Below are positions 42,564 through 53,665 of a stretch of DNA of 64,000 nucleotides, one piece after another. The notes beneath the pieces were generated by a model. It had not been told where the DNA came from. It worked only from the letters and a program-made list of their open reading frames with translations, and made no database searches. The translations under genes were made by a program, and so were the position numbers. Each line of letters begins with the position of its first letter. Position 1 is the first letter of the stretch. Source of the DNA: Histomonas meleagridis 2922-C6/04-290x (Eukaryota; Protista; Parabasalia); NCBI GenBank assembly GCA_020184695.1, contig JAANOX010000087.1, forward strand, positions 186,001 through 250,000. Reading direction: 5' to 3'.

Positions 42564-45406
42564 ATGATTGGCAACGCAAAAGATGAAGAAGTCAAAACAA
42601 GCAAGAATACTCAAAACGATTGGGAAACATTCATAACCATCAAGAATATAATTTTTGATTTGACCGATGAAAATATAATAGAATCAATGAATACTTTATT
42701 TAACATATTTGATATTAATTACTCATATTCTTTTAACATCGTTATTAGTCAACTTATATACAGGAAGGTTGTTACTCGAATCGATTTTCCAGATATTTAT
42801 TTAACTTTTTTAAAGAACATTGAAGTGTATGAAGAAGAACACAATGCGAAATCAAAACTTTTAGAAGTGTTTTCAAAATATTTACATACAAAATCCACAC
42901 AAGAAGCATATTATATTCTTGCAAGAATGGTTAATCATAATTTAATTGAAGCAAAATTTGTTCAAGATATAAAGATACCATATTTTGCACATTATTTATC
43001 AGAAGTAGAAATTCAGAATAAATATTCAGAATTTAAAAGTCAGTTCAAGGGTAATTTTGAAAAACTTAAAAAGAACGATTGGGAACTTCATAAGAAATAT
43101 GTTGAAGAAGGAATTAATCAAAATAAACTTGCGAAAATCATTCGAAATGATGAAATAGAAAAATTTCAAAAAATATCGTCACAACCAAATTTTAATTATA
43201 ATCAATTTATTGAGCCATCAATTTATGAAAGATGTTCATATATTAATCAAAAATATGTTACATTAATTAATTATGCAGCATTTTTCGGATCAATTAAATG
43301 TTTTAAATATTTACTTATGGATGATGTAAATGTAAGAAATACAGGTAGTTTTGCTGTTGCAAGTGGAAATTTAGAGATAATTCATTTATGTGAACAAAAT
43401 AAATCATCATTTAGTAGCGCATTTGAAACAGCAATTAATTTTCATCGAAATGATATCGTTAAATATCTTTATGAAAATATTCTTCAAACAAATCCTGAAA
43501 GTGAACAAGAGATTAAGTATAAAAATTTGATAAGGTGTATACAATGTAATAATTATGAAATTCTTTTATTTTTACAAGAAGGAATGAAAGTTAGTAATGA
43601 TACAATTAACTTAATTGCTGAAACTGGTAATATATTTATTGTTAAATATTTTCTAGAATTTAACAAAATCCCAAAAAACATTTTAATTTTCTCTGTGAAT
43701 TCTGGAAATATTGAACTTGCTAAATATGTTTTAGAACAAAAAGGAATTGATATTAATTCACAAGATATATATTTATGATGTTTAAGATTTATTTTAACTA
43801 TATAATATTTCATAATAATATTTGGAAATTATTAATATTATTTAATACAGCTCTTATTTTATCAATACAAAATGGCCAATCAGAAATATCCAAATTACTT
43901 CTTGAACAAAAGGAAATTGATATTACTTCTAAAAATATTAGAATATTAAATTTGATGTTAATGTTAATTATTTAAGATTTTTAAAAAATATTTGGAAATT
44001 ATTTGATATATTTATTTCTGCATTTATTTTGGCTGCTATAAAAGGTAATACAGATTTATTCAAACTCTTTATTGGGCGAAAAGAAATTAATATTAATGAT
44101 AAAGAAGATATTCAATTGTTTTAAATAAAATTCATTTCAATAATTTACAATTTCTTTATAATGTTTGGAAATTCTTTAAATTATTTCAAACAGCACTTAT
44201 GAAAGCATCTTCAAATGGTCATATAGAAATTGTTAAATTACTTCTCGAACAAAAAGGAATTAATGTCAATGCTAAAGATATTTATTTGTTTTATATAACA
44301 TTTACTTTGTTAATTTTATGTTTTTAAATAATATTTGGAAATTATTTGTAATGTTTGGTACAGCACTTATGTTTGCATCAAAATTTGGTCACATAGAAAT
44401 CGTTAATTTACTACTCGAGCAAAAAGGAATTGATATTAATTCCAAAAATATTTTTATGTTTTATTTTTTATTTATTTTAATAATTTGACGTTTCAATATA
44501 ATATTTGGAATTTTTTTAAATGATTTCAAACAGCACTTATGAAAGCATCTTCAAATGGTCATATAGAAATCGTTAAATTACTTCTCAAACAAAAAGGAAC
44601 TGATGTCAATGCTAAAGATATTTATTTGTTTTGTTGGATATTTATTTTAATAATTTGATGTTTCGATATAATATTTGGAATTCACATATTTGATTTAGAA
44701 CAGCACTTATTGATTCAGTTCGAATTGGAATAATAGAAATAATTAAAATATTTCTTGAACATGAAGGAATAGATGTTAATGCTAAAGATAAAATTTAAAT
44801 GTTTTATATGATATTTCACAATGATATTTGGAAATTATTCGAATTATTTAATACTGCACTTATACTTGCATCTAAATTTGGTAAAATAGAAATAATTAAA
44901 ATACTTCTTGAACATGAAGGAATAGATGTTAATGCTAAAGATAAAATTTAAATGTTTTATATGATATTTCACAATGATATTTGGAAATTATTCGAATTAT
45001 TTAATACAGCACTTATTTATGCATCTAAATTTGGTAAAATAGAAATAGTTAAATTACTTCTTGAACAAGAAGGAATAGATGTCAATGCTAAAGATATTTA
45101 TTTGTTTTGCTTAAAATTTATTTTTATCATTTAAAATTTCAAAATATTATTTGGAAATTATTCAAATTATTTAATACAGCACTTATGCTTGCATCTAAAA
45201 ATGGTTATATAGAAATAGTTAAATTACTTCTTGAACAAAAAGGAATTGATGTAAATGCGAGAAATAAAATTTAAATGTTTTATATGATGTTTCAAAATAA
45301 TATTAGGAAACAATTTAAAATATTTAAAACTGCATTTATGTTTGGATCTGAAAATGTTAGAACAGAATTTGAAAAATTAAATCAAGAGGAAGGACATAAT
45401 GATTAA
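42564..45406 (+). CDS. DUF3447-ankyrin gene: 404-aa head ORF plus 10 spacer-separated cassettes (inferred single gene)
   Basis: Head contains WELHKKYVEEGINQ...TLINYAAFFGSIKCFKYLL. Cassettes start at 43847, 44017, 44190, 44360, 44530, 44700, 44853, 45006, 45176 and 45329; the terminal one ends with TAA inside a TAAA. Confidence 0.65.
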
Positions 45407-45745
45407 ATAAAAATCATTTTTGTTGTTCAAATTATTATTAAACTTCTAAAAGTTAACAATATAACATTGTTTGAATGATCAATTTATATGGTAAATAAAC
45501 TTAAAAACAAATGTGAGATCCAATTTAATAAATATCTAACAAATACTTTATACGCAAAAATATTTGTATCAATAAAAATTTCGTTTTGCTGACAGGTAAA
45601 AACACTCATTGGCCGACAGAACAAACCTTTAAGCCAAAAAATACCTATTAAATTAAAAATGAGAATTTTTATTATATTAAACAAAGATTTAGTAATGTGA
45701 ATTTTATATTTTGCTCTGATATACGTTTTCTTAACGTCTTTTCAG

Positions 45746-47045
45746 ATGGGTGAATTAGAAATTAAAGGATTTGTTATCCAAAATAATATAAAAGAACTGG
45801 GTGCCATAGGCAAGTCTCCAGATTTAACCAAATGTGTTTATCAAATAAAGTTCATTTATTTTTTAATATCAGAAAATGGTAATTTTTTAACATATAAATC
45901 TAATGCATAGCAATTTACTTCCATCAAAAAATCTTTCTTTGTTGCATATTGCAGCTTTTTGTGATTCAACGGACTGTTTATTATACATGTTAAAAAATGG
46001 ATTTCAAGTTGATCACAAGACGCCAGATGATTATCATCCATTACATTATGCAGCACTTAATGGATCACTTGAGTGTGCTTCAATTCTTCTTCGAGAAGGC
46101 TCTGATCCAAATTACACTTCGAAGATTGATCAGTTATTTTAAATTATTTCAAGAAAGTTTTGTTTTATTTTTCAAAACACCACTTTTTCTAGCAGCACAT
46201 AATGGTTCTGTTGATATGATAAATTTACTTCTTGAATATAAAGCATTTAAAGAATATGATTCAAATACATTGTCACCATTAACAGAATCTCTCAGATGTA
46301 AACACATTAAATGTTTTGAAACTCTTATAAAAAGAGGAATCAAACAAAATATAATGTGTAAAGGTCCTCATTATTCACCATTAATGGTTGCAATTTCTAA
46401 TGATTTAAATGAACAATGTAAAACTCTTATAGAAAAAGGAGAAAATGTTAATTACATTACTGAATCAGGTGTCTATCCATTTTATCTTGCATGTCAAAAG
46501 AGAAATATCGAAGTTGCGAAGATGTTATTTATGAATCCATCTCTGGATTATCGAATTATTGGGAAAGGAAATATTTTTTGAAAATGATTTCGACTCCAAT
46601 TCATTGTGCTGCACGTAGTGGTATTCCAGAAATTACAAAAATTGTTCTCGATTCAGGTGCTGATCCACTTGCAAAAAACATAAATGGAGAAACAGCAATT
46701 TTTGAAGTATTACGATTTCATTTACATAAAAATGAAAGAAAAAGAAAAAAAGATGTGAAACATATAATATCAATAATTAAGTTACTTTTAGAACATGGTA
46801 TAACTGTTAATGACACAAGAAATGATATGTCAACAGTTATACAAAATTATGTTTGCAACGAATTCGAAAAAATCGATTTTAAAATTCTCGATTTTTTATT
46901 CGATTCAGGCTTTAATCCAAATTTAATTGTTTCAAATAATGGAGAAACAGTAGGTGATAAAATTTGGAACATCTCAGATAAAAAAATACAAAAATATGTT
47001 CGTAATAAATTACAACAAATAGGATTTACAAAAAAAATTAATTGA
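45746..47045 (+). CDS. Ankyrin-repeat protein with three frame-breaking interruptions between repeats
   Basis: ATG at 45746, then three overlapping ORFs in different frames (LSLLHIAAFCDS..., KTPLFLAAHNGS..., STPIHCAARSG...). Confidence 0.6.
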
Positions 47046-47060
47046 TGATTTCAAATACAA

Positions 47061-47447
47061 CTACTTGGTTTCAGCTTCGTATAAACGTGTGAAAACATAA
47101 TTTTCGCGTTGTGCATAAAAACATGGTTTTAATGGAACCAAACGAGAATTTGTTTGAAAAATAAAAGATTCATTGTTCTTTGTTATTGCTTCTTTTTCAA
47201 TATGAACCGATTCTTTATGTTGCTGTAAATGTGCAACACTTACAGGAGTTCCGCATATGGGACAATTTATTATTCTGACTGGTGTTTCAGCTGGGGCGTA
47301 CCCAAAAAATGGGACTTCACCTTCTCGAACATTGCGACTGTAACTTATGCTGTTAATATCAGTAATAGGAACAAGATGTCTGGGAACATGAATTGGTTTT
47401 TCCTCCATTTGGTCACTGTCACTTTTTAACAATTGATAAATGTTCAA
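47061..47447 (-). CDS. Small hypothetical protein with a single zinc finger (CPICGTPVSVAHLQQHKESVH)
   Basis: ATG-initiated 128-aa ORF with a C2H2/UBZ-like motif. Confidence 0.55.
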   Translation of the reverse strand: MNIYQLLKSDSDQMEEKPIHVPRHLVPITDINSISYSRNVREGEVPFFGYAPAETPVRIINCPICGTPVSVAHLQQHKESVHIEKEAITKNNESFIFQTNSRLVPLKPCFYAQRENYVFTRLYEAETK

Positions 47448-48031
47448 AATGCATAAACAAATAATTTATCATAGATTTTAAACTTCTACCCATTGGATAA
47501 AACAAATGAAATATTTACTCAATTCAAGTTCTTTAATAATAATTCAGACTAAATTGATTTTAATTAATTTTGATTCCAAAATTTTTCAAGCATAAACAAA
47601 TTCAAAGGTTATTCGACTAATATACATTGTAATATTATAGACTATATATTTTTCTTCTTCTTTTGTTCTCGTTATTTTTAATTTTAAGTTCAATTATATA
47701 ATATAACAGTACTGTTTTCCTACTTTTCTACAAATTAAACATAGATCTTGAACAAAACTTTTAGTTTATTATACATTGATTTTAAATTTTAACAAGTTTC
47801 GAAATTTCAAACGTTGGATTAAATCAAATACATAATAATTACTTTTTTAAGCTCTTATATTGGCCAATATAAACTTTGGCCATGTCTCTTTGTTTAGAAC
47901 GACTGCTATGATTTTTTTTAGAGGATAAAACGGCATTTTTAACGGATAACTGCGTTATCAACTGACCAAACAAAGCTTTGAATGAACATTTGTTTAACTC
48001 AAAATTGATAAAAACCGCTTTTTAATTAGTT

Positions 48032-48042
48032 TCACTTTTTTC
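48032..48042 (+). promoter_or_regulatory. Trichomonad initiator (Inr)-like element
   Basis: TCACTTTTTTC immediately before ATG 48043 matches the known TCA(+1)YT Inr; AAAACCG lies about 25 nt upstream. Confidence 0.6.
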
Positions 48043-49029
48043 ATGAACAAAGAAACATTTGCAACTGTTGCAAAAGATGTTTTATCCTTCAAAACATGTG
48101 AAGGCCTTTCTGTTACCTATCAACAAGGAACTGATAAGGTTACAATGAAAACACAAACAGACCTTTCTGACCCATCAGTTCAAGTTGGATTCAAACTTCA
48201 ACAAACAACAGTTGAAATTGAATCAGGAAATAAGACAAAGGTTACAATTACTCCTGATCTTTCTAAGTATGGCGCAACTCTTTCCATCAATCCTTTGGAT
48301 AATGGTTCATTCAAGTTCTCAGTTAAGAAGGAATGCGATAAAACAGGCGCTTTAACACTTAGCTATTCTTCTGAAGATAAAAAACCATCCTTAGAACTTA
48401 TGCCAAAATTAAATTATGGCATTGCAAATGTTTCAGGAAAGGTCAACTTTGCAGGAAGCGGCAAACCATCAGGCATGCTTGAGTTAGCAATCAAAGATTT
48501 CAATATTCGTTCATCATACAATATCGTTCCTGATGAAATTAAAGCTGGCGTTTTCTACAATAACATGAACCTTGGCCCACTCAAGAACATTGGATGTGGT
48601 GCAATTTATGTATTTAAGCCAGAAAACCAATTAATGCTTTGTGCAAAATCCCAAGTCAACTCCCTTGAATTATCCACAATCTTCACCGTAATGGAGAAAT
48701 CCACATTCAAGCCAAGCTGCCTTGTACGTGGTCTTCTTTCCAAACAAATCAAAAGTTTCAATGTTAAAATCGGTGAAAGCATTGAATATAAGGGTTCTAA
48801 AGTCGACAACAATGCTGCCATTGAAGTTACAACAGATAAATACCCAGATACCAAGTTGAATATGAAGCTTGATAATCTTCATGAACTTTCAACCAAGTTT
48901 GAAACAGCACTCCCACAACAAATTCCATTCCTTGGAACATCTAAGGTGAGCCTCTGCCTTGTTAATGAGCTCGAGAAGAACCAATTCCTTCATCCAAGCA
49001 TTGGTTTTGGTGTCACTTTTAAGAACTAA
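48043..49029 (+). CDS. Candidate hydrogenosomal outer-membrane beta-barrel (VDAC/Tom40 superfamily-like)
   Basis: 328 aa with an alternating beta-strand pattern; N-terminal FATVAKDVLSF resembles the VDAC helix; C-terminal SIGFGVTF fits the beta-signal; C-ending codons suggest high expression. Confidence 0.5.
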   Translation: MNKETFATVAKDVLSFKTCEGLSVTYQQGTDKVTMKTQTDLSDPSVQVGFKLQQTTVEIESGNKTKVTITPDLSKYGATLSINPLDNGSFKFSVKKECDKTGALTLSYSSEDKKPSLELMPKLNYGIANVSGKVNFAGSGKPSGMLELAIKDFNIRSSYNIVPDEIKAGVFYNNMNLGPLKNIGCGAIYVFKPENQLMLCAKSQVNSLELSTIFTVMEKSTFKPSCLVRGLLSKQIKSFNVKIGESIEYKGSKVDNNAAIEVTTDKYPDTKLNMKLDNLHELSTKFETALPQQIPFLGTSKVSLCLVNELEKNQFLHPSIGFGVTFKN

Positions 49030-49460
49030 AAGCTCTCAAATTTCAATTAATTTTTTTGAATTACACACAATCCATTTTTATCGGTTATTTTTTTCATTCA
49101 ATTTCATTCAAAATTTTTTTAGAATCATTTGAAACCATTTTTTTCTCGTTTTTTATCCATAGTATTAAGATTTTAACTCGATACGGATTTTATACTATTG
49201 GTTTATAAAATATTTTATGTTTTAAACTTTAATATTTGAGGAAAATACCAAAATATTTGTTTTTACAATCATATGGAATGATCGGTATAAACCTCAGAAT
49301 TCCTATGAAAAGTTATTTTCTTAAAAATATACAACAAACACCGGCCGATAATACCGATAAGATATTTGTGAGGATTTCTTTGTTGACAATAAATTTAAAA
49401 CATTATTTTTTGAGGTTTAGGCAAAAGTCGCGTTGGCACTTTTACAAAATTGGTTGTGCC

Positions 49461-50849
49461 ATGGCACTTCAACCGATTCTGGAGAAACAGAAAAATCCCT
49501 CTCCATGCAACAGTGTTACTAAGGTGCTTGACTACGTTATTGGCGAACCAATTGGCAAGGGAGTTTTTTCATCAATTCGAAGCGTTTTCCATACTCGATC
49601 AAAAAAGCAATATGCCGCAAAGATTATATCAAAACCTAAATTACTGCAATGCCCGATGGGCAAAAGAATACTTTTTAATGAAACTATCCTCGCACCATTA
49701 CTAAACCATCCTTGTATTATTGAAATCGAGGAAATTGCGGACACTGACACACAAATATTCCAATTCATGCGTTATGCAGAGCATGGGGATCTTCTACGTA
49801 AATTAAGAAAATCACCATTTGAAACATCAATTGCTATTCGATTAATTGATCAATTATTTTCAGCAGTTGAATACATTCATGGAATTGGAATTTGTCATCG
49901 CGACATCAAACTCGAAAATCTTCTTCTTTCCAAAAATGGACTTAAATTATGCGATTTCGGATTTGCATCCTTAACGTTTAATGGGAAAGTTCATGGAAAT
50001 TGCGGGTCCTATGAATACTCAGCGCCTGAAGCCATCAGAGAACAAGAATTTGATGGCTTTAAAGCTGATATGTGGAGCTGCGGTGTTGTAATATATGCAT
50101 TTCTTTCACGAAGATTACCATTTACTAATGTAAATCGCGACTTTGATTTTAACACTCCAGTTGATTACTCACCAATACCAAAAGATTTCAGACATCTCAT
50201 CCAACAATTATTATCTGTTGATCCAACCAAACGACCAAATGCCACAGTTTGTCGTTCATATCCAGCCCTAAAATCGACTCAAACTCGTCTTAAAGATCCA
50301 TTATCATCCTTAAAGATAGACAGATCCATTTTTTCAGATCAAGTTCTTATCTCTCGTTTAACTCAAGCCACTGGAATTGATCTTAAAACATATCAAACCA
50401 AGCTCAATTCCGAAGAGATGAACCGGGAGAAACTCATTTTTCTCCTTTTAAAACGTCAAGATAGATCATGGCTAAGTCCACGAGAATGTCCAACCATATT
50501 ACCGACATCATCTGCGTCAGATTCACCTTCCAAGAAGGGCTTCTTCCCACTCCCCACAATAAACAACGTGGCCATTGTGGAGAAGCGAATGGTGTTTTCG
50601 GAAACCGCCGCGAACGTTTATTCTGTTTTACATTTGGTGTCCATCAAACAAAAGTGCTGCATATCGTCGCCGCTTTCGCTTTCGCCTACAATTGTGTTAA
50701 AAAGAAGTAACGGGGCTGAGATGAGGATTTCCTTTAGCATAATCGATGGGCCTGAGCCAAAAAAAGCAACACTTGTCTTATGTGCTGATAAATCATCAGA
50801 ACCTTTGTTGGTGCCTTTGGTGAAGTATATGGAAAGACACCTGAAATGA
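49461..50849 (+). CDS. CAMK-family (SNF1/BRSK-like) Ser/Thr kinase
   Basis: IGKGVFS, YAAKII, HRDIKLEN, CDFG, YSAPE, DMWSCG. First plausible ATG at 49461. Confidence 0.92.
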   Translation: MALQPILEKQKNPSPCNSVTKVLDYVIGEPIGKGVFSSIRSVFHTRSKKQYAAKIISKPKLLQCPMGKRILFNETILAPLLNHPCIIEIEEIADTDTQIFQFMRYAEHGDLLRKLRKSPFETSIAIRLIDQLFSAVEYIHGIGICHRDIKLENLLLSKNGLKLCDFGFASLTFNGKVHGNCGSYEYSAPEAIREQEFDGFKADMWSCGVVIYAFLSRRLPFTNVNRDFDFNTPVDYSPIPKDFRHLIQQLLSVDPTKRPNATVCRSYPALKSTQTRLKDPLSSLKIDRSIFSDQVLISRLTQATGIDLKTYQTKLNSEEMNREKLIFLLLKRQDRSWLSPRECPTILPTSSASDSPSKKGFFPLPTINNVAIVEKRMVFSETAANVYSVLHLVSIKQKCCISSPLSLSPTIVLKRSNGAEMRISFSIIDGPEPKKATLVLCADKSSEPLLVPLVKYMERHLK

Positions 50850-51145
50850 TTTCGAGAGCAGATGTGCTCTTTTTTATGTAATTTGTTTGTTTTAAGATTT
50901 TATAAAATATGTTATTTTATGATTTCAAATTTATATTTATTTTTTTTTTTTGCATTCGGAAAATTTTGAACATCAAAAAATTGAATAATTTTGTGATTAA
51001 CGATAAAAATATTATGAAAAACTTCATAAAGTTCTGTGAAAAATTATCGTTTCAATCAAAAAATGAGTCAAAAAAAACGTTTAATAAATGACCGTTTAGG
51101 ATGAAAGAATTTCATTAATGAAAAACATTTTTTTTTAAAAATCAA

Positions 51146-51475
51146 TTACCATTGAATAGGCTCATAGAGCGGCTGCGGCTCAAGCTCGATTTCTGTGTCA
51201 AACCATGGTTCTTCATCAATTTCATAATGATAACCTTCATATGGTTTTGGTGGTGGTGCAAAAAATATTTTTTCGGGTGGTGGATATTCTGATGGCTGTT
51301 GACGAGTATGAGATTGTGTTGAAAGAGGAATTTGAGAAAAAGATTCAAAATCTCGATTAGTGATATCACCAAGAGCTTGGCGTGGTGCAAATGGATTCTG
51401 TTTTACCCCAAATCTGGATTGTGGGTTTGGGTTTTCTTGCTTTTTTTGGAAACTAAAGAGCGCATGTGAAGACAT
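51146..51475 (-). CDS. Small destruction-box protein (securin-like candidate)
   Basis: RQALGDITN D-box, Pro-rich and acidic C-terminus. ATG at 51475 with a CGGAAA/AACGG motif upstream. Confidence 0.55.
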   Translation of the reverse strand: MSSHALFSFQKKQENPNPQSRFGVKQNPFAPRQALGDITNRDFESFSQIPLSTQSHTRQQPSEYPPPEKIFFAPPPKPYEGYHYEIDEEPWFDTEIELEPQPLYEPIQW

Positions 51476-51608
51476 TTTGATGCAAAAATTTAAACGGAAA
51501 TTTTGATGGCAACTGAAAAAGTGGGTCATTGAATAAATTTTGATCGTAGTAAATTTCTATAATCAAGCTAAAAAGTGAAAAAGTGAAACCGTTTATGATA
51601 TTGTATAT

Positions 51609-53285
51609 TTAACTGTGCTCACAAAGTGATTTTCTTGATTTTTCTCGAATTAAATCCACTATTTCTTTATGACCTTTTGATGATGCTTTGATAAGTGCTG
51701 TTTCAAATAATTTAAATAATTTCCAAATATTATTTTGAAATATAAAATTATTAAAATAAATTTCATTTTTAGCATTAATATCAGTTCCTTCTTGTTCAAG
51801 AAGTAATTTAACTATTTCTGTATAACCATTATAAGATGCATTCATAAGTGCTGTCCAAAATATTTTGAATAATTTCCAAATATTATTTTGAAATATAAAA
51901 TTATTAAAATAAATTTCATTTTTAGCATTAATATCAATTCCTTCTTGTTCAAGAAGTAATTTAACTATTTCTGTATGACCATTTAAAGATGCTCTTATAA
52001 ATGCTGTTTCAAATAATTTAAATAATTTCCAAAAATCATTTAGAAACATAAAATCTTTAAAAGAAAAATTAAATAAAACATTATAATATTTCTATCATTA
52101 ACATCATTTCCTACTTGCTCAAGAAGTATTTTAACTATTTCTATATATTTAATTGAAGATGCCAAAATAAGTACCGTTTGAAATAAGTTAAATAATTTCC
52201 AAATGTTATTTTCATATATCGAATCATTAAAACAAATATATATAGAATTTATATCAATCAATTTTTTCTCAAGTAAAAAGTTAAATATTTCATAATTCAT
52301 GAATTTATTAGTAAAAATCAAATCAATAATTTTATCAACAGATTTTTGAATTTCAATAATTTTGTTTTCATAAAGATAATGAAAAACGTCATTTTGATGA
52401 AATTGATATGCCATTTCATATGCATCTTCAAATGATGAATGATTTTGTTCACATAAATGAATTATTTCTAAACTTCCACCTGCAACTGCATATTTACCAG
52501 TATGATTTACATGAGCACCATTCATAAGTAAATATTTAAAACATTTTTCTGCAGAAAAAAATGCTGCATAATCAATTAATGTAACATTATCTTGATTAAT
52601 AAATGAACATATCTCATAAAGTGATGGTTTGATTTTTTTATTAAAATTAAAATTTGGTTGTGATGATATTTCTTGAAGTTTTTCGATTTCATCATTTCGA
52701 ATGATTTTCGCAAGTTCATTTGGATTATGTCCATCTTTAATATATTTCTTATGAAGTTCCCAATTGTTCTTTGAAAGTTCTCTGTAATTTTGATAAAAAG
52801 TTTCACTAAATTGATCCAAATAATTTCTTTTTTTTGTGTTCTTCATCTGTTTTATAATGTGCAAAATATTTCGATTTTATGTTTTGAACAACATCTTTAT
52901 CAATTAAATCATTTTCAATCAATTTCTCAATAAGATAATATGATTCGGATGTGTTAATACCAAGAAGAAAATCTCGAAATGTATTAATTAATTTATAATT
53001 ACGATGTTTAATTTCATTTTCTTTATTTGTCACTTGCTTCATAAAATTAATATATAAGTCAAAATTTTTCATTTTTGATAGAATTGCTGAATATATCAGC
53101 CGACTAAGAACTAAGGTTGAATATGTTGATATCTCTTTATTATTTATTATATTTATGGTCCTATTAATAGATTCAATAAGGTTATCTTCACTTAGTTCAA
53201 AAATAATTTTTTCAAGATATTCTAATATTTGCGTGTACTTAGATGGTACAACAGTGGATTGTTTAGATGTTGTTTTATTTTTCAT
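51609..53285 (-). CDS. DUF3447-ankyrin gene with four cassettes and one A-run frameshift in the head
   Basis: Two head ORFs join at a T8 run (52828-52835). Cassettes TVLILASS, TAFIRASL, TALMNASY and terminal TALIKASSKGHKEIVDLIREK...stop. Confidence 0.65.
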
Positions 53286-53665
53286 TGCTTGTACAAAAAA
53301 AAAAATTAAATTTTGTTCTTCCCAAATAATAACGGTTTTTAACGAAATACGATTAAAATACATTGAAAAACATCAAATTGTTTTCCCAAAAATTAATTAA
53401 ATTTGATGATTTTTAGGACCCTTCCAGCAGAGGAAAGATATTAAGAATGATTTTTTAACCTTCCGATTTGAAAATAATTTTTCCTGTTAAAAATATTATA
53501 AGCAAAAAGTTAATAATATTAATTAAAAAGATATTTTTTTTTCTTCCAGATGTGTATATACCAATATCAATATAATATCAAAAGAAATAAAAAAGAAATA
53601 AGAAAATTGAAAATCTGATTTAATAAAATTGTTTGCACTTCCTGAATTACAATTTCAAAAACTCA

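Noticed and set aside
44280-44362. Canonical GT-AG intron using TTT|GTTTTAT and ATACAG|
   Set aside because: Joining these sites leaves the frame broken, and the AG is absent in several units (ACT GCA, TCT GCA).
44277-44365. U12-type AT-AC intron
   Set aside because: There is no ATATCC 5' site or TCCTTAAC branch, and the available AC ends either break the frame or delete the TAL motif.
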